A DNA stretch of 64,000 bases from Octopus sinensis (Eukaryota): assembly GCF_006345805.1 (NCBI RefSeq), contig NC_043001.1, positions 113,460,001 to 113,524,000 of the forward strand, in the 5' to 3' direction. Both the position numbers and the translations under genes were made by a program. Within the stretch, counting starts at the first letter, position 1; each line of letters opens with the position of its first letter. This document shows positions 41,037 to 53,689 of this stretch, piece after piece. A model generated the notes under the pieces. The model was not told where the DNA came from. It was given only the letters and a program-made list of their open reading frames with translations, and did no database searches.

Positions 41037-41443
41037 AAAATTTGGGATCTTTACCTTTTGACCTGCAGATTTAAAAAATAATTTTTTGTAGCTAAACACT
41101 TTCAAACATCGGACACTGGTATATGGCCGCAGTCAAATGACTGAAACAAGTAAAAGAGTAAAAGAGTATATAAAACATCTTTTACTCTTAGCATTTTTGA
41201 GAAAAACTTATATTTACGAAATTATTTTATTCAGCTGATTACACGTCATTGATTGGTTGAAATTACCGAAATACGAGAACTTTAACGCGAAATAGCTTCG
41301 TATATATAAGTTTTTCTCAAAAATGCTAAGAGTAAAAGATATTTTATATGACACATTCTACCAGTGTCCGAAGTTTGAAACTGTTTAGTTACAAAAAATT
41401 ATTTTTTAAATCTGTCGGTCAAAAGGTAAAAATCCAAAATTTG
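41037..41443. mobile_element. Foldback/MITE with ~140-bp imperfect TIRs
   Basis: Arms 41037-41220 and 41297-41443 are reverse complements; the left arm carries a 46-bp SINE-A tail (41122-41167). Confidence 0.8.
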
Positions 41444-41811
41444 TTTAATGTAATTTGAAATGAAAGATATTTTAGATTTATTAACCACAAGTAGAATGAA
41501 TGGTTACATAGAAGCTTTGTTTCCCTTGGGCATAAAGTTGTATAATGTTTAACCAGTTTTAAAATCTGTTGAGTACCAATTTTGTCTAATTTTCAATGCG
41601 AGTTTGCATGACATCAGAAATCATCTAGATAAGAAACAATCAAATAAGGTAAAGCACTTAGTAATTAGGCGGACAAGTGTGTATCTTGTAAATAGTGGAA
41701 TGGAGAGAAGATGGGTATGCTTTCACTGATGATGGTCTAACAAGGCTAGAAAGTAACCAGAGCGATTCATTATACACATAAAACATATGCATACAAGTGT
41801 GTACATGTGAA

Positions 41812-41870
<59 letters not shown>

Positions 41871-42059
41871 GTATACGTATAGCTAGGCATATCTAAAGTT
41901 TAGGGTGTTTTGTCCTACACTCTAAGTTTATACCAAACAGTCTCTGCCAAAGCAAAGGCGTATTGATGTGTGACAACTACGAATCTTCAATCTTTTGGGT
42001 CATCACATTTCGTACACAGGCATATACAGACCCACAAACACATAGATACAAACATATAT

Positions 42060-42288
42060 TTGTTTACTACCCACAAGGGGCTAAACACAGAGTGGACAAA
42101 CAAGGACAGAGAAAGGGATTAAGTCGATTACATCGACCCCAGGGCGTAACTGGTACTTGATTTATCGACCCCGAAAGAATGAAAGGCAAAGTCGACCTCG
42201 GCGGAATTTGAACCCAGAACATAACGGCAGACGAAATACGGCTACGCAGGTCGCCCGGTGTGCTAACGTTTCTGCCAGCTCGTCGCCT
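42060..42288 (-). mobile_element. SINE family B, full length
   Basis: ggcgacgagctggcagaaacgttagc head on the minus strand; approximate TSD tagatacaaa(c/t)atata. Confidence 0.9.
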
Positions 42289-42666
42289 TCGTAGATACAA
42301 ATATATATAAACAAAATCACAAAGCTATTTCATTGTTTTACACACAACCAAATATGTATTTGTCTGTCTTTCACCCTTTTCCTTCTGTCTGTCTCTCTCT
42401 CTCTTTTTCTGTATACACATACATATTTATATATATACACATGTATGTGAGACTGTATAGGTATGAACGTATATTTTAACTAATGATAAACGAAAACGAT
42501 TTACGCAATTACATTCATTAGCTTATAGATATTCCAGATATATGATATTGCACTGGCAGTCTTCCTTTGGTTTATAGTACCTTATAACAGAAACAGCTGC
42601 CATTTAATTGAATGTGATTAAGTAACTCATTTTATTTCATCTTCCAATTATTAATTTTAGGTTATA

Positions 42667-43166
42667 TTGGTTTATATAAAAGTCAAGTTGTGTGTCTATC
42701 TCCTACGATTTAGATTCCTAACTACTCCCACATTTTACGGTGCAGTTTAACCAAAAGCGGGTATCTTATAGTCGTGATTCATATCGAGCCCTTCTGGGTA
42801 TTAGCGCGCATCTACGATGAGTCTACGATTTAAAAAATAATTTAACTTCATTTTTTTCCATTTTAATGCATTTTTTCGCTATTATATAAGGGAAGTAACT
42901 CTCTAAAAATGTCTACGATGAGTCAACAATTTAAAAAAAAAATTACCATAATTTTTTTTCCATTTTAATGCATTTTTTCGCTATTATATAAGGGAAGTAA
43001 CTCTCTAAAAATGTCTACGATGAGTCAACAATTTAAAAAAAAAATTACCATAATTTTTTTTCCATTTTTAATGCATTTTTTTGCTATTTTTTTGCTATAA
43101 CTCTCTAAAAATGCTTATATAGTTATTTCCCTTACAAACCCGAGCAACGCCGGACGATACTGCTAG
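42667..43166 (+). mobile_element. Non-autonomous Helitron with internal ~100-bp triplication
   Basis: Same family as 29409-29807; ends ccgagcaacgccggacgatactgCTAG; tctacgatgagtc...ctctctaaaaatg three times (about 42813, 42912, 43014). Confidence 0.8.
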
Positions 43167-43509
43167 TTGGTTTATATAAAGTTCGGAGTTAGGTGACTCA
43201 GTGAACTCACTTTACGTCGTCGCCGTAACATCGAGCATTATAAGCACATTGCATTCTGACGAATAATTATTAGTCCTGCCATTGTTGAACAGAGTTATAA
43301 TGCATATTCTTATATTATTTTATGCATTTCACCCCAAAGTCTGTGGCAATGCTGGGGCACCGCCCATTGTGAGATGCTTACCTCACTGAGTTTCTCAAAG
43401 GGTTACCCACCTAAGTACTAACTAGGTTTCATGTTGCTCAACGAGAAACGGTGCATTCGAAGTGACATAGCTGTAATGTAAATATATAGATATCCATATT
43501 TATAACGTA

Positions 43510-43608
<99 letters not shown>

Positions 43609-43610
43609 AT

Positions 43611-43647
<37 letters not shown>

Positions 43648-43650
43648 GCA
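43510..43650. repeat. (TATC)n plus (TA)n microsatellite
   Basis: About 24 TATC units. Confidence 0.95.
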
Positions 43651-43691
43651 TCATATATAAATGTGCACACAACTCAACAACACACATGTAT

Positions 43692-43894
43692 GTTAGTTAG
43701 TTAATTTTTGGGCTCAAAAAGCAAAAAGCAAGGCCATGTAGGGGGACATGGAGTTATGTACAGGGTGGTGTTCATGTAAAGAGTTCAGGCCACTTGTGGT
43801 CAAGGGAGACTTTGAACCGAGCGGTCATCGGCATCTTCACCATCTCGTCCGGCAGCTTATTCCACGGATCCGCAACCCGGACGGGGAAAGCTCC
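43692..43894 (-). mobile_element. CR1-clade LINE 3' end
   Basis: GAFPVRVADPWNKLPDEMVKMPMTARFKVSLDHKWPELFT* matches the CR1 ORF2 C-terminal pattern; short 3' UTR and (TAAC)n tail. Confidence 0.85.
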
Positions 43895-44120
43895 TAAAGG
43901 AGCCAGTTGCCAGCAGTGAACGAGTAATGTCTTGGAAACGTGTCAATACAAATCTTCACTAATTGACTTAGGTGCTTCTGTAGAAGCAAGAAGATTGCGA
44001 TACCTTATCGACTTACTATCTGATTTAGCGTTGCGTCCAAAATATGAAAGCTGGAATGACAGGTGCACTAGTACTTGATTGGTATTAATTTTCAGCAGAA
44101 AGTAAAGGGAAATGAAGCCG

Positions 44121-44279
44121 TATTATCAATTTTTTCAACAATCTAAGTATGTCACAAGGTTTCCAGACATGAATTCTACTCACGTGTCAAGTTTCATAAA
44201 AATCAATAAAACGACGTAGGAGGTGTTAGATAACAACGCCACAAACAAACACACACCGATTTCCCCCATATGTAGTAGA
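44121..44279 (-). mobile_element. Helitron-like 5' terminal fragment
   Basis: Minus strand starts A|TCTACTACATAT; aagtttcataaaaatcaataaaacg motif; homologous to 61709-61870. Confidence 0.55.
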
Positions 44280-44414
44280 TATATAGTCAATTTAAAAAAA
44301 AACGACCAATTAAAAAACAGACAAAAAAAAAACAACGAACGTGAGAACGTGCACAAGTGGTAAATTAATTTGACGCTCGGTGAAAGGAGAGTTCTTAACG
44401 TTTCGAGCGTAGCT

Positions 44415-44445
<31 letters not shown>

Positions 44446-44452
44446 CCACACA

Positions 44453-44483
<31 letters not shown>

Positions 44484-44533
44484 CACATGCACACACACAC
44501 ATGTACATATATGCTTCAGCAATATGACTATAT

Positions 44534-44685
44534 ACGTGCTGTTGGTGACTTTTTTTTCTATCTTTGGGCTTTTCCCTTCCTCCCTTCCGATCAAGAGCTA
44601 TGCTCGAAACGTCAAACTCTCCCTTTTTACATTGAGCATGTCCTCTTGTCTCTCAATTTCAATATTCGATTCTTTTAATTGACTA
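44534..44685 (+). mobile_element. HHR-bearing short element (family D), degenerate
   Basis: acgtgctgttggtga start; CCGATCA-A-GAGC tat GCTC-GAAA-CGTC at 44587-44613. Confidence 0.6.
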
Positions 44686-44752
<67 letters not shown>

Positions 44753-45109
44753 ATATATTTATATATATATATACATATACATACCTTCTTGCTGGGTACA
44801 CACGCTGACGTGTCATAACTGTTTGAACCAAATCACTACGTTCTTACATCCTTAATAAAACCTATCAATATTCACTAATGTATTCATGTTTCTGTTCACT
44901 CAACCGAAATATCTTCTATTTATTTTCGCTTCGGTTCAATTTTGTTTGTTGTTTTTCATTCTTTCCCTTTACAGTTTTCTGGCCAACTCTCACTCTCTCA
45001 ACGCCTGCAGTGTGTGTGTATGTGTGTGTGTGTGTGTGTGTACATATATATATGTATATATGTATGCATGTATGTGTCTATGTATGTATTTATCTATCTA
45101 TCAATATGA

Positions 45110-45192
<83 letters not shown>

Positions 45193-45370
45193 TCGACCAC
45201 CTATCTATCAAAGGATATATATTTTAGCATGTGTCTGAATATTCTGAAGTACGTCGTTGTATACTTGTATGTATATAATCAGGTATGGATATACATACAT
45301 GCATACATATATGAATACACACACATATGTATATATATATTCACATATCTATTTACATATATGTACACAT

Positions 45371-45420
<50 letters not shown>

Positions 45421-46016
45421 GCACACACACAGGTACACACACAGGTATGTATTGCTCATTATTTATCTTTTTTTTCTTACTGCTTAGATTTTGCGTTTGC
45501 CACCCTACACTCTTACACTTTTTACCTGTCACGCTTCAATTAATTAGTCACACAAGTTAATGACAGACAATGATGCCGTGCATTAGTCAGTAATCTTCAA
45601 AGCAGATATTATCATTCTGCTGCCGCTTGGGTTCCATTCGAAACGAACCAATTCATTAGAGAACCTCAGCGTTGTCATTCGACCTGCTAGAAATGACGAC
45701 CCAAATTCTTCCAATCACCACTAAGTAGTCAAAGGGTTCATTAGCTGTAGGGGACGTACATATCTTTAAAATGTCGGGATGGTCATAAACGGATTAACTT
45801 TTTTATCATTCGAGTGTTCATTTTATGTTGAGTGCACATAAATACACAATGACTCACGCACATGCGTACACGCACACACACGAAACATACACAAGCACGC
45901 ACACGCTCAGATAATACATCGACCCCAGTGCGAAACTGGTACTTTATTTATCGACCCCGAAAGGATGAAAGGCAAAGTCGACCTTGGCATATGAGATCTT
46001 CTTTTATGAGATCTTT

Positions 46017-46140
46017 TACTTGTTTCAGTCATTTGACTGCGGCCATGCTGGAGCACCGCCTTTAGTCGAGTAAATCGACCCCGGGACTTATTCTTTGTAA
46101 GCCCAGTACTTATTCTATTGGTCTCTTTTGCCGAACCGCT
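46017..46140 (-). mobile_element. SINE family A 3' fragment abutting a MITE
   Basis: tacttgtttcagtcatttgactgcggccatgc...gccgaaccgct. Confidence 0.85.
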
Positions 46141-46152
46141 ATACTTTATATA

Positions 46153-46387
46153 CAGGGTGGGTCAAAAGTCACCTGATAGTAAATCAAAATTCCATAAATA
46201 CTATCTGTAATTCTGTATTGACTCGAATGGAAAAATGTGTAACTCAAGAAGGATTTCAGTTTGAACAATTTTCAAGATGTTTCATATTTAGTTGCTGTTA
46301 TTTTAAATTCATTCAGTTGTTAAACATAAATAGATATTGAAATTAAAAGGATTTGATTTACTGTCAGGTGACTTTTGGCCAACACTG
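46153..46387. mobile_element. Tc1/mariner-derived MITE
   Basis: ~36-bp TIRs cagggtgggtcaaaagtcacctgatagtaaatcaaa / tttgatttactgtcaggtgacttttggccaacactg, TA flanks; interior RMEKCVTQEGFQFEQF resembles a transposase C-terminus. Confidence 0.85.
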
Positions 46388-46460
46388 TATGTATATATAT
46401 ATAGTGTATATGCCTATATATATATAGTGTATATGCCTATATATATATAGTGTATATGCC

Positions 46461-46502
<42 letters not shown>

Positions 46503-46504
<2 letters not shown>

Positions 46505-46732
46505 ACCTCGTGAGTACCGCCAGCGATTTTTTTTCCTCTGTCTTCCCCTCTCGGGATCTTTCCTTCTCCTATGTTTCCGACTAAGAGCTTCGCTCGAAAC
46601 GTTAAACCCTCCTTCTTCCCTTCTTTCCTGAGCGTCCAATAATACTTTATTTGTTCCACATCCTCACGTTGCTGTGTTTTTTTTTGTGTTTTTTTTGTGT
46701 TTTTTTTTGTGTTTCTGTTTGGATTAACTAAC
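46503..46732 (+). mobile_element. HHR-bearing short element (family D)
   Basis: GTTT-CCGACTA-A-GAGC ttc GCTC-GAAA-CGTT-AAAC at 46573-46607; homologous to 464-670. Confidence 0.7.
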
Positions 46733-46765
46733 TATATATATATATATATTAATTTATATATATAT

Positions 46766-47477
46766 ATATTAATTTATATATAGAGGGCATTACACATCAT
46801 GCCAGAAGGCATTAACATACATGCCAAACGCTAAGAGGGACAATCAGTCATTTCTACCAAAATATTATTAATCCCACCGAATGCAATTTTTCAAAGTAAG
46901 ACATTAAAAATATAGACCTGTATCACAGTGATTTCATACTTACGTAATCATCAGCAGCCTGAATGTATTATAAATAAACAACGACCCTGCCCCGCTTAAG
47001 CCGATCAGCTAACTGATCAACATCAACGAAGCACATGGGTGAGTTTACATATATTACATCCGGATAAATGGCAAACTTTTACGAATTGCATTTCGGGAGA
47101 GGAAAGTTTTTTCGGAATAAAAATTTAGCAATTAAGGACAACTACTTAATAAGGAAAACTTAACAAGAATTGTCAGGTAGATAGCGTAAAAACCTCATAA
47201 GAGAAAAAATTTCGAAAATAATTATTTCTTATTGAACATATTAATTTATATATAGAGGGCATTACACATACATGCCAGAAGGCATTATACATACATGCCA
47301 AACGCTAAGAGGGACAATCAGTCATTCTCCAAAATATTACTAATCCCCCACCGAATGCAATTTTTCAAAGTAAGACATTTAATATATAGACCTGTATCAC
47401 AGTGATTTCATACTTACGTAATCATCAGCAGGCCTGAATGTATTATAATAAACAACGACCCTGGTTGTCCTTATTGC

Positions 47478-47482
<5 letters not shown>
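46766..47482 (-). mobile_element. Direct-repeat element with two hammerhead motifs (retrozyme/PLE pLTR-like)
   Basis: ~225-bp direct repeats 46766-46989 and 47238-47463, each with CUGAUGA-UUAC GUAA GUAU-GAAA-UCAC U GUGA-UA^CAG; short inverted tail 47464-47482. Confidence 0.75.
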
Positions 47483-47542
<60 letters not shown>

Positions 47543-49074
47543 TGCGTGTATATAATATATAAAGTATCTATCTATATATTTCTGTATACGTACACGGAAG
47601 CGCACGTGCACACACGCACACATACATATATATGTATATAATTATAATATATTTTGACTGGAACCACATACTGCGTTGTGACAGCCATCGAATAAGCAGG
47701 GTTAAATTTTCTTGCTGCTGTGTAGTGTCTGGTCAATTCTGCTTCACAGATGTAATACTTCCAGTTCTGACCATTCTGTATTTACTTATAGGTACACTAT
47801 CTAAGACTACATTTTTCAATATACCTGTCTTATAACAGTGTGTTTGAGGAAGTTTTAGCAGCTCCGTCGAACAGGTCCACCGACCACGTGTTATACTCTT
47901 TGTTGTATTGGATGATACAAACTGATGCCATGTGTATATATCTAATGCTTGGAGTAGTTCCAATATATTTATAAATCAAACTGTGATCTTAATTTGCGAT
48001 TCATGGCCGTAACTTATTACAAAACTTTCCAGTCTTTTCCATATAAATTTGTGCAGTTAGTTCCTTTCCGTGAAAATTTTGATTGGAAATTGCTGTTGGA
48101 AAAGATTTTAACTTAACTGGTTAATAACGAGTGAGAATATATGAAGTATAATCTATGGTATCCAATATAATTTTCACCTTCTACCTGCTATCCTTCCTCC
48201 TTTCTTCCTCAACCGATAAGGTTTCATGTCTGTGTTGTAGGGAAAAAAAATTGATCGTCATAACGGTCATCATATCAGAAATCAATTTAAAATACTAATG
48301 GTTGCTAATTCACGCTTCAGTGTCACGACATTCTCAAATATCTCTCAGTATTTCCGTAATAACGATTTAGTTTATTCCTTTCGGTAGAATTTAAGTCATT
48401 CATTTTTTTGGCACCGATTCAAAATAAGAATATTTCCAGACTGATATTGGCGGTGGTGTTGCTTACAATCAATGGTAAATTCTTTATCAATTCGGATAGC
48501 TGCAGTTCTCTTCAGTACTCTGGCGACAAGATATTAAATTTTCACATATTCGAGAAAATTGACCATCTTATACGGATTTTTTACTTTAGTATGAAACCAG
48601 ACATTAGTTGAGAAGTTTTACAGATGGTTGAACTGAGCCCAGTATAACACGGGTACTTATTTTATCATGCAGGCAGCCAGATGGGCAATTTGAGAAAGGT
48701 CGAGCGACAGCGTAGAAATAATAGTTAAATATCTCTCAAGCAACACACTCCTGCAGAATTAATAGAGAATTTACCATTGATTGTAAGCAACTCCACCACT
48801 AATATTAGTCTGTAAATGTTCTCTCTTATGGTATCCGATAGAGGGCAGCATGGAACAGATATGGTGTTTTTACACATTTTACTATAAGAGAAAATTTTGC
48901 CTTTAGAAGTTGAAATATGTCATAAGCATTTTTAATTAACTTAAATTTCGCTTATGCTAAACACTGCCTGGCACTGATATCACAGTAATATATATATACA
49001 GACTCATATATACACATATCTATCTGTCTATCTGTCTATCTATCTACCTACCTACCCACCTATCTATCTATCTA

Positions 49075-49140
<66 letters not shown>

Positions 49141-49183
49141 CATCTATCTATCTCTTTATTTATAAACACACACGCACACACAC

Positions 49184-49226
<43 letters not shown>

Positions 49227-50186
49227 TCGAAGTGTACAGTATTATATACCCATTACGGCCTATCTTACTATAGACTTCAATTAATATACCCACAATACCG
49301 ACAGTATGCGGGTTTATTTTTTCATGACTTACGGATTCTTAGACGGATGCCCACACACGCGCGCGTATGTATGTATGTATGTATGTATGTATGTATGTAT
49401 GTATGTATGTATGTATGTATGTATGTATGTATGTATGTATGGGTGCCTCAGAATGACAGAACGCATTTTAAAAGGAAGTAACTCAGAACAAACACATTTA
49501 TTTAGGCAGTGTAAGTGTATCATTCTTACCAAATAAAACGTGTCTTATCATTATGAGACACCTTGTAATATAGAGAATATTTTGTTAATGCATTCTTATA
49601 TTTGAAAACTATCAAAAATTAGTTGGAGATCACTCGATACATTGGAGTACAATATCACATCTAATTTTGCAATGACTACATCTTTTGTGTGCATATATTT
49701 GAACATGTATAGAGACTCACATATATACACATAAATACATATATATGTGCATGTATGTACTAACTGTAAAGAGAACCAGATTTATGAAAGGAATAAAAAT
49801 TTTCTTTTAATGTGGTTGGTCACGAATATCCATTCGAAACTGGTCACCTTAAAAACTATAGCACGAGCACGTTTTCGATGTTCTGATGAATCTGATGTGG
49901 TTTGGCAAATTTCCGAAATGCATTTCTGAGGCCGAAATTGTGTTTTGCTTTTGAAAGGAAATTACCCATCTGATCATGAACATAACTTAGTAGAAATTTA
50001 CAACGTGTATCTGAACACGAAGTTGCTATTGTACTCTACTTGTGTACGTGAGTGTTGGTATATATACGTATATATGTGAGTGTATGTGTTGTGCTTGTGT
50101 GTGTATGCTTTGTGGGCCATGTGGGCCGTGTATGTTTGTGCCTGTAAAGGTATACATAAACATATATATAGGTATACATAAACATA

Positions 50187-51687
50187 CAGGCTTCACCAAA
50201 AGTATTAGGTCACCCCATGCTATCTCAATGTCGGTGAAACTCGTCCACATGGCAGATTATGGTATATTTCACAAAATACATTAGTTTTAATATCTGGTCG
50301 ACCTTCCTTTAGCATCAGTTACGGCTTTTATAAAGTTAGGTATTGAATCAACTAGTTTCTTGCAGGTGCTAGGCGCAATTTTGCTCCATTCTTCTCTCAA
50401 GTTTTGGTACAAATGCTCTTTATTTTTAATTGTTCACCAAGAGCTCCCCATAGGTGTTCGATCGGATTTAGATCAGGAATTTGAGCTGGCCAGTCCATGG
50501 GTACAATACCTCGTGTCTCAAACTGTTGACGAGTATTCTTTGCTGTATGACATGGAGTGTTGTCCTGTTGAAAGATAACACTATTTTTCGACACTCTTGG
50601 ATGCAATTTAGCAACTGATAGCTCTAAAATATCCGATAACATGGAAACATAGGTAGCTGAATTCATCCTTCCCTGACATAAAAACATTTTACCGGATCCT
50701 GCGGCAGATATGCAGGCTCCCACCATGATAGAATCACCCCTATGTTATACAGTTGGTAGCAGACATTCAGCCTTAAATGCTTCCCCAACTCTGCGATGCC
50801 CGAAAGTTGCATCAGATTTACCTAAAACCTGTGTGAAAACATGATAAATGTTAGCTTTATGTTGGATACTTTTTTATATATTTTGGGCAACAAACCAGTT
50901 TATACGTTGATTGAATACATGTATTATCTTACCACAAAGTTACTTTTATCAGATCATATGACTTTCGATCATTGCTCACTAGTCCAATTTGAGTGGTCTT
51001 TGGCCCACTGAAGACGTTTTTTCTATATTCGCTTCAGAAATCCTGGCTTCTACCCGGCTTTACAACCTTTCAGACCGTACTCTAGAAGCCTTCTTCTAAC
51101 AGTTCTAGTTGATATTTGTGAAGTACTCGCCTCGTTTAAGTCTGCACAGAGCTCTGACGATGTTTTTCTCTTGTTTCCGAGCGACTGACGGATGATGGAT
51201 CAGTCATCATGAGGTGATGTATCCTTTTTTGTACCTTTTCTTTGTATTGTCTTCACATATTTTGTCTCTCTGAAGCGTTTGAGAGTCGTTTGCACCGCAC
51301 ATCGAGAACGTTTCATCTTCTGAGCTTTTTGCCTTTGAGACACTCCATTTTCATGATGAGCTACGATTTGATCTCGCTCACACACTCAGCTTCATTGTTT
51401 TAAGAAATTTAAGGTTTATTAACTCTATCAGCAACGTATTTTAGCATAAAACTCTGAAATAACCAAGGAAACAAATTAATTTTGCACGTTGGTCTTACTC
51501 ATAATTGGTTGCATATGTAGAGTACAGTATAAAAGCGGTTATCGATGCTAAAGAAGGGTCAACCAGGTATTAAAACTAATGTATATTGTCAAATATACCA
51601 TAATCTATCATGTGCACGAGTTTCATTAACATTGAGGAAACGGAACTCCAAAACATTGGAGTGGCCTAATACATTTGGCCAAGGCTG
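50187..51687 (-). mobile_element. Decayed Tc1 (DD34E) transposon
   Basis: TIRs caggcttcaccaaaagtattaggtcac / gtggcctaatacatttggccaaggctg with TA flanks; IMVGACIS, IFQQDNTPCHTAK, DWPAQIPDLNPIEHLW. Confidence 0.95.
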
Positions 51688-51904
51688 TATATATATATAT
51701 TTGCAAGTATATATATATGTATATATATTATATTAAATTAGAGATAAAACCATTATTAGGCAAATCATACAATGAAAAAACTTAAGCCAATACATAAGAT
51801 TAATCAATTTGTATTATTTTAAATATATATCAAAATTATAAAAAAAAATAATTAGTATAACACTACGTATATATATATATATATGTATATATATAGATAT
51901 ATAT

Positions 51905-51949
<45 letters not shown>

Positions 51950-52429
51950 CATGTAAATGCTCATATATGCATATACATGTTTATAATATATACACGTGTA
52001 CACACACACACACACATACACTACACATATAAATATGGAAAGAAGTGGTGTGTTTCTACGCAGGAAAAAATACACAAAAATCTGTTTCTGCAAATGTACC
52101 TGAATTTGAAAAACCTGTAATTGTTTTGAGATAAATTTATTTATATACATACCAAATTAGTTTCAACAATTTTTGTTTAACAATAATATAAACAAACGTA
52201 TATAAAATAATGGGATTTTAACAATTTAAAATTGCGGAGTAGAAAACATGTTTAAATGGTAAAATCTTCACAAAATTCAAAGGTCTAGATAATATAAAAA
52301 ATGATCGGCGAAAAATATTAAAAAGTGTGGATTGTTAAAAGTTTGGTCATAAAAAAACGTCGCCCTTTTCAAGCCTAGCCATGGGCCCGGTTTCCCTGTT
52401 TCTGTGGCGTATGTGTCCACCCCCACCCC

Positions 52430-52662
52430 CCAGCTGGACAGGGCGCCAGTCCATCGCAGCGTTACTCAAGAAACAGGAAGAGAGAGAAAGTTGTAGCGAA
52501 AGAGTACAACAGGGGTTGCCATCACCCCACCCCCTGCTGGAGCCTCGTGGAGCTTTTAGGTGTTTTCGCTCAATAAACTCACATAACGCCCGGTCTGGTA
52601 ATCGAAACCGCTATCCTCCGACCGCGAGTCCGCTGCCCTAACCACTAGGCCATTGCTCCTCC
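52430..52662 (-). mobile_element. SINE family C, partial
   Basis: ggaggagcaatggcctagtggttagggcagcggactcgcgg head on the minus strand. Confidence 0.8.
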
Positions 52663-53689
52663 GCAAAAGTTTGTTCATACTGAGTTATTATAGAGTGCGT
52701 GATTTTTTCCCGTCGTGTACAAGGCTTTTCACTTTTAACGGAGTGTTTTGGAATCAGTGTATATACAATGCTTTCCGCTAACGGATCTAATCTTTTGAAT
52801 CGTTATAATCCTGATGACGTCTTATCCTTACTGGTGGTCATGTTTGGCGTTGTGCCCGGTTGAATTCCCTGTAGGGAATGGACATCCATTGTTTCGGTTG
52901 GTTGATTCTCTTAAAGCAGTGGTTTCAAACTTTTTCGGGCTGCTGCCCCTTGATACACAGATCACATTCCTATCATCCCCCACCCCAACTAACCATCACA
53001 AACCTAGGCCTCTTTCACAAAGAAATTCAAAGTGACTATATTTCACAAATAAAACTTAACCTAATGAACCCATTATTTTGTTGTTACCCCATTATCCCCC
53101 CGCTTTTCTTCAACGCCCCCCAATTGAAACTTTCCATCGCTCTCAGCAGAGCAATACCAGCCACTTTGGGAACCACTGTCTTAAAGTGTGACTTTATTAT
53201 TTTACTGAGGGTCCGGTTTTGATCGTTAGGTAAAATTTCAATGTTCTAGATATAGGTAATGTCAGCAATTGAAGTTTGAGGTGTATGGAGATTTGGAGTT
53301 TGATTCCGTTAAAAGCAGAAAGCCATGTACGAGACGGAAAAAAGTATCACGCGCAAGATGACGGAAACTGTAAAAAAAAAACGTTTTTTACTCTCTTCTG
53401 TTCATATTGACTGAAACAAGTAAAAGAATAAAAGAATATATATATGTATATATAGTGCGTGTGTTTATTTTGGAAGAGAGAGAGAGAGAGAGAGAAACAG
53501 AGAGAGACACAGAGAGACAAATAGTGGGAGAGCGAGAGAGTGAGTGAGATAGAGAGTGTGCGTGAATGGGAGAGAAAGAGAGAAAGAGAAATGGATGGCA
53601 AAAGGCCTATGTTAAAAATAATCTCAGTGCTCATGTTGACGTTGATAATGTCAGTGATGATGATCATAATGAGAGTGATGGTGAAGATA

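Noticed and set aside
41720-41765. CUGAUGA-UGGUCU aaca AGGCUA-GAAA-GUAACC hammerhead-like string
   Set aside because: Helix II can pair, but there is no U at the cleavage triplet and no helix I.
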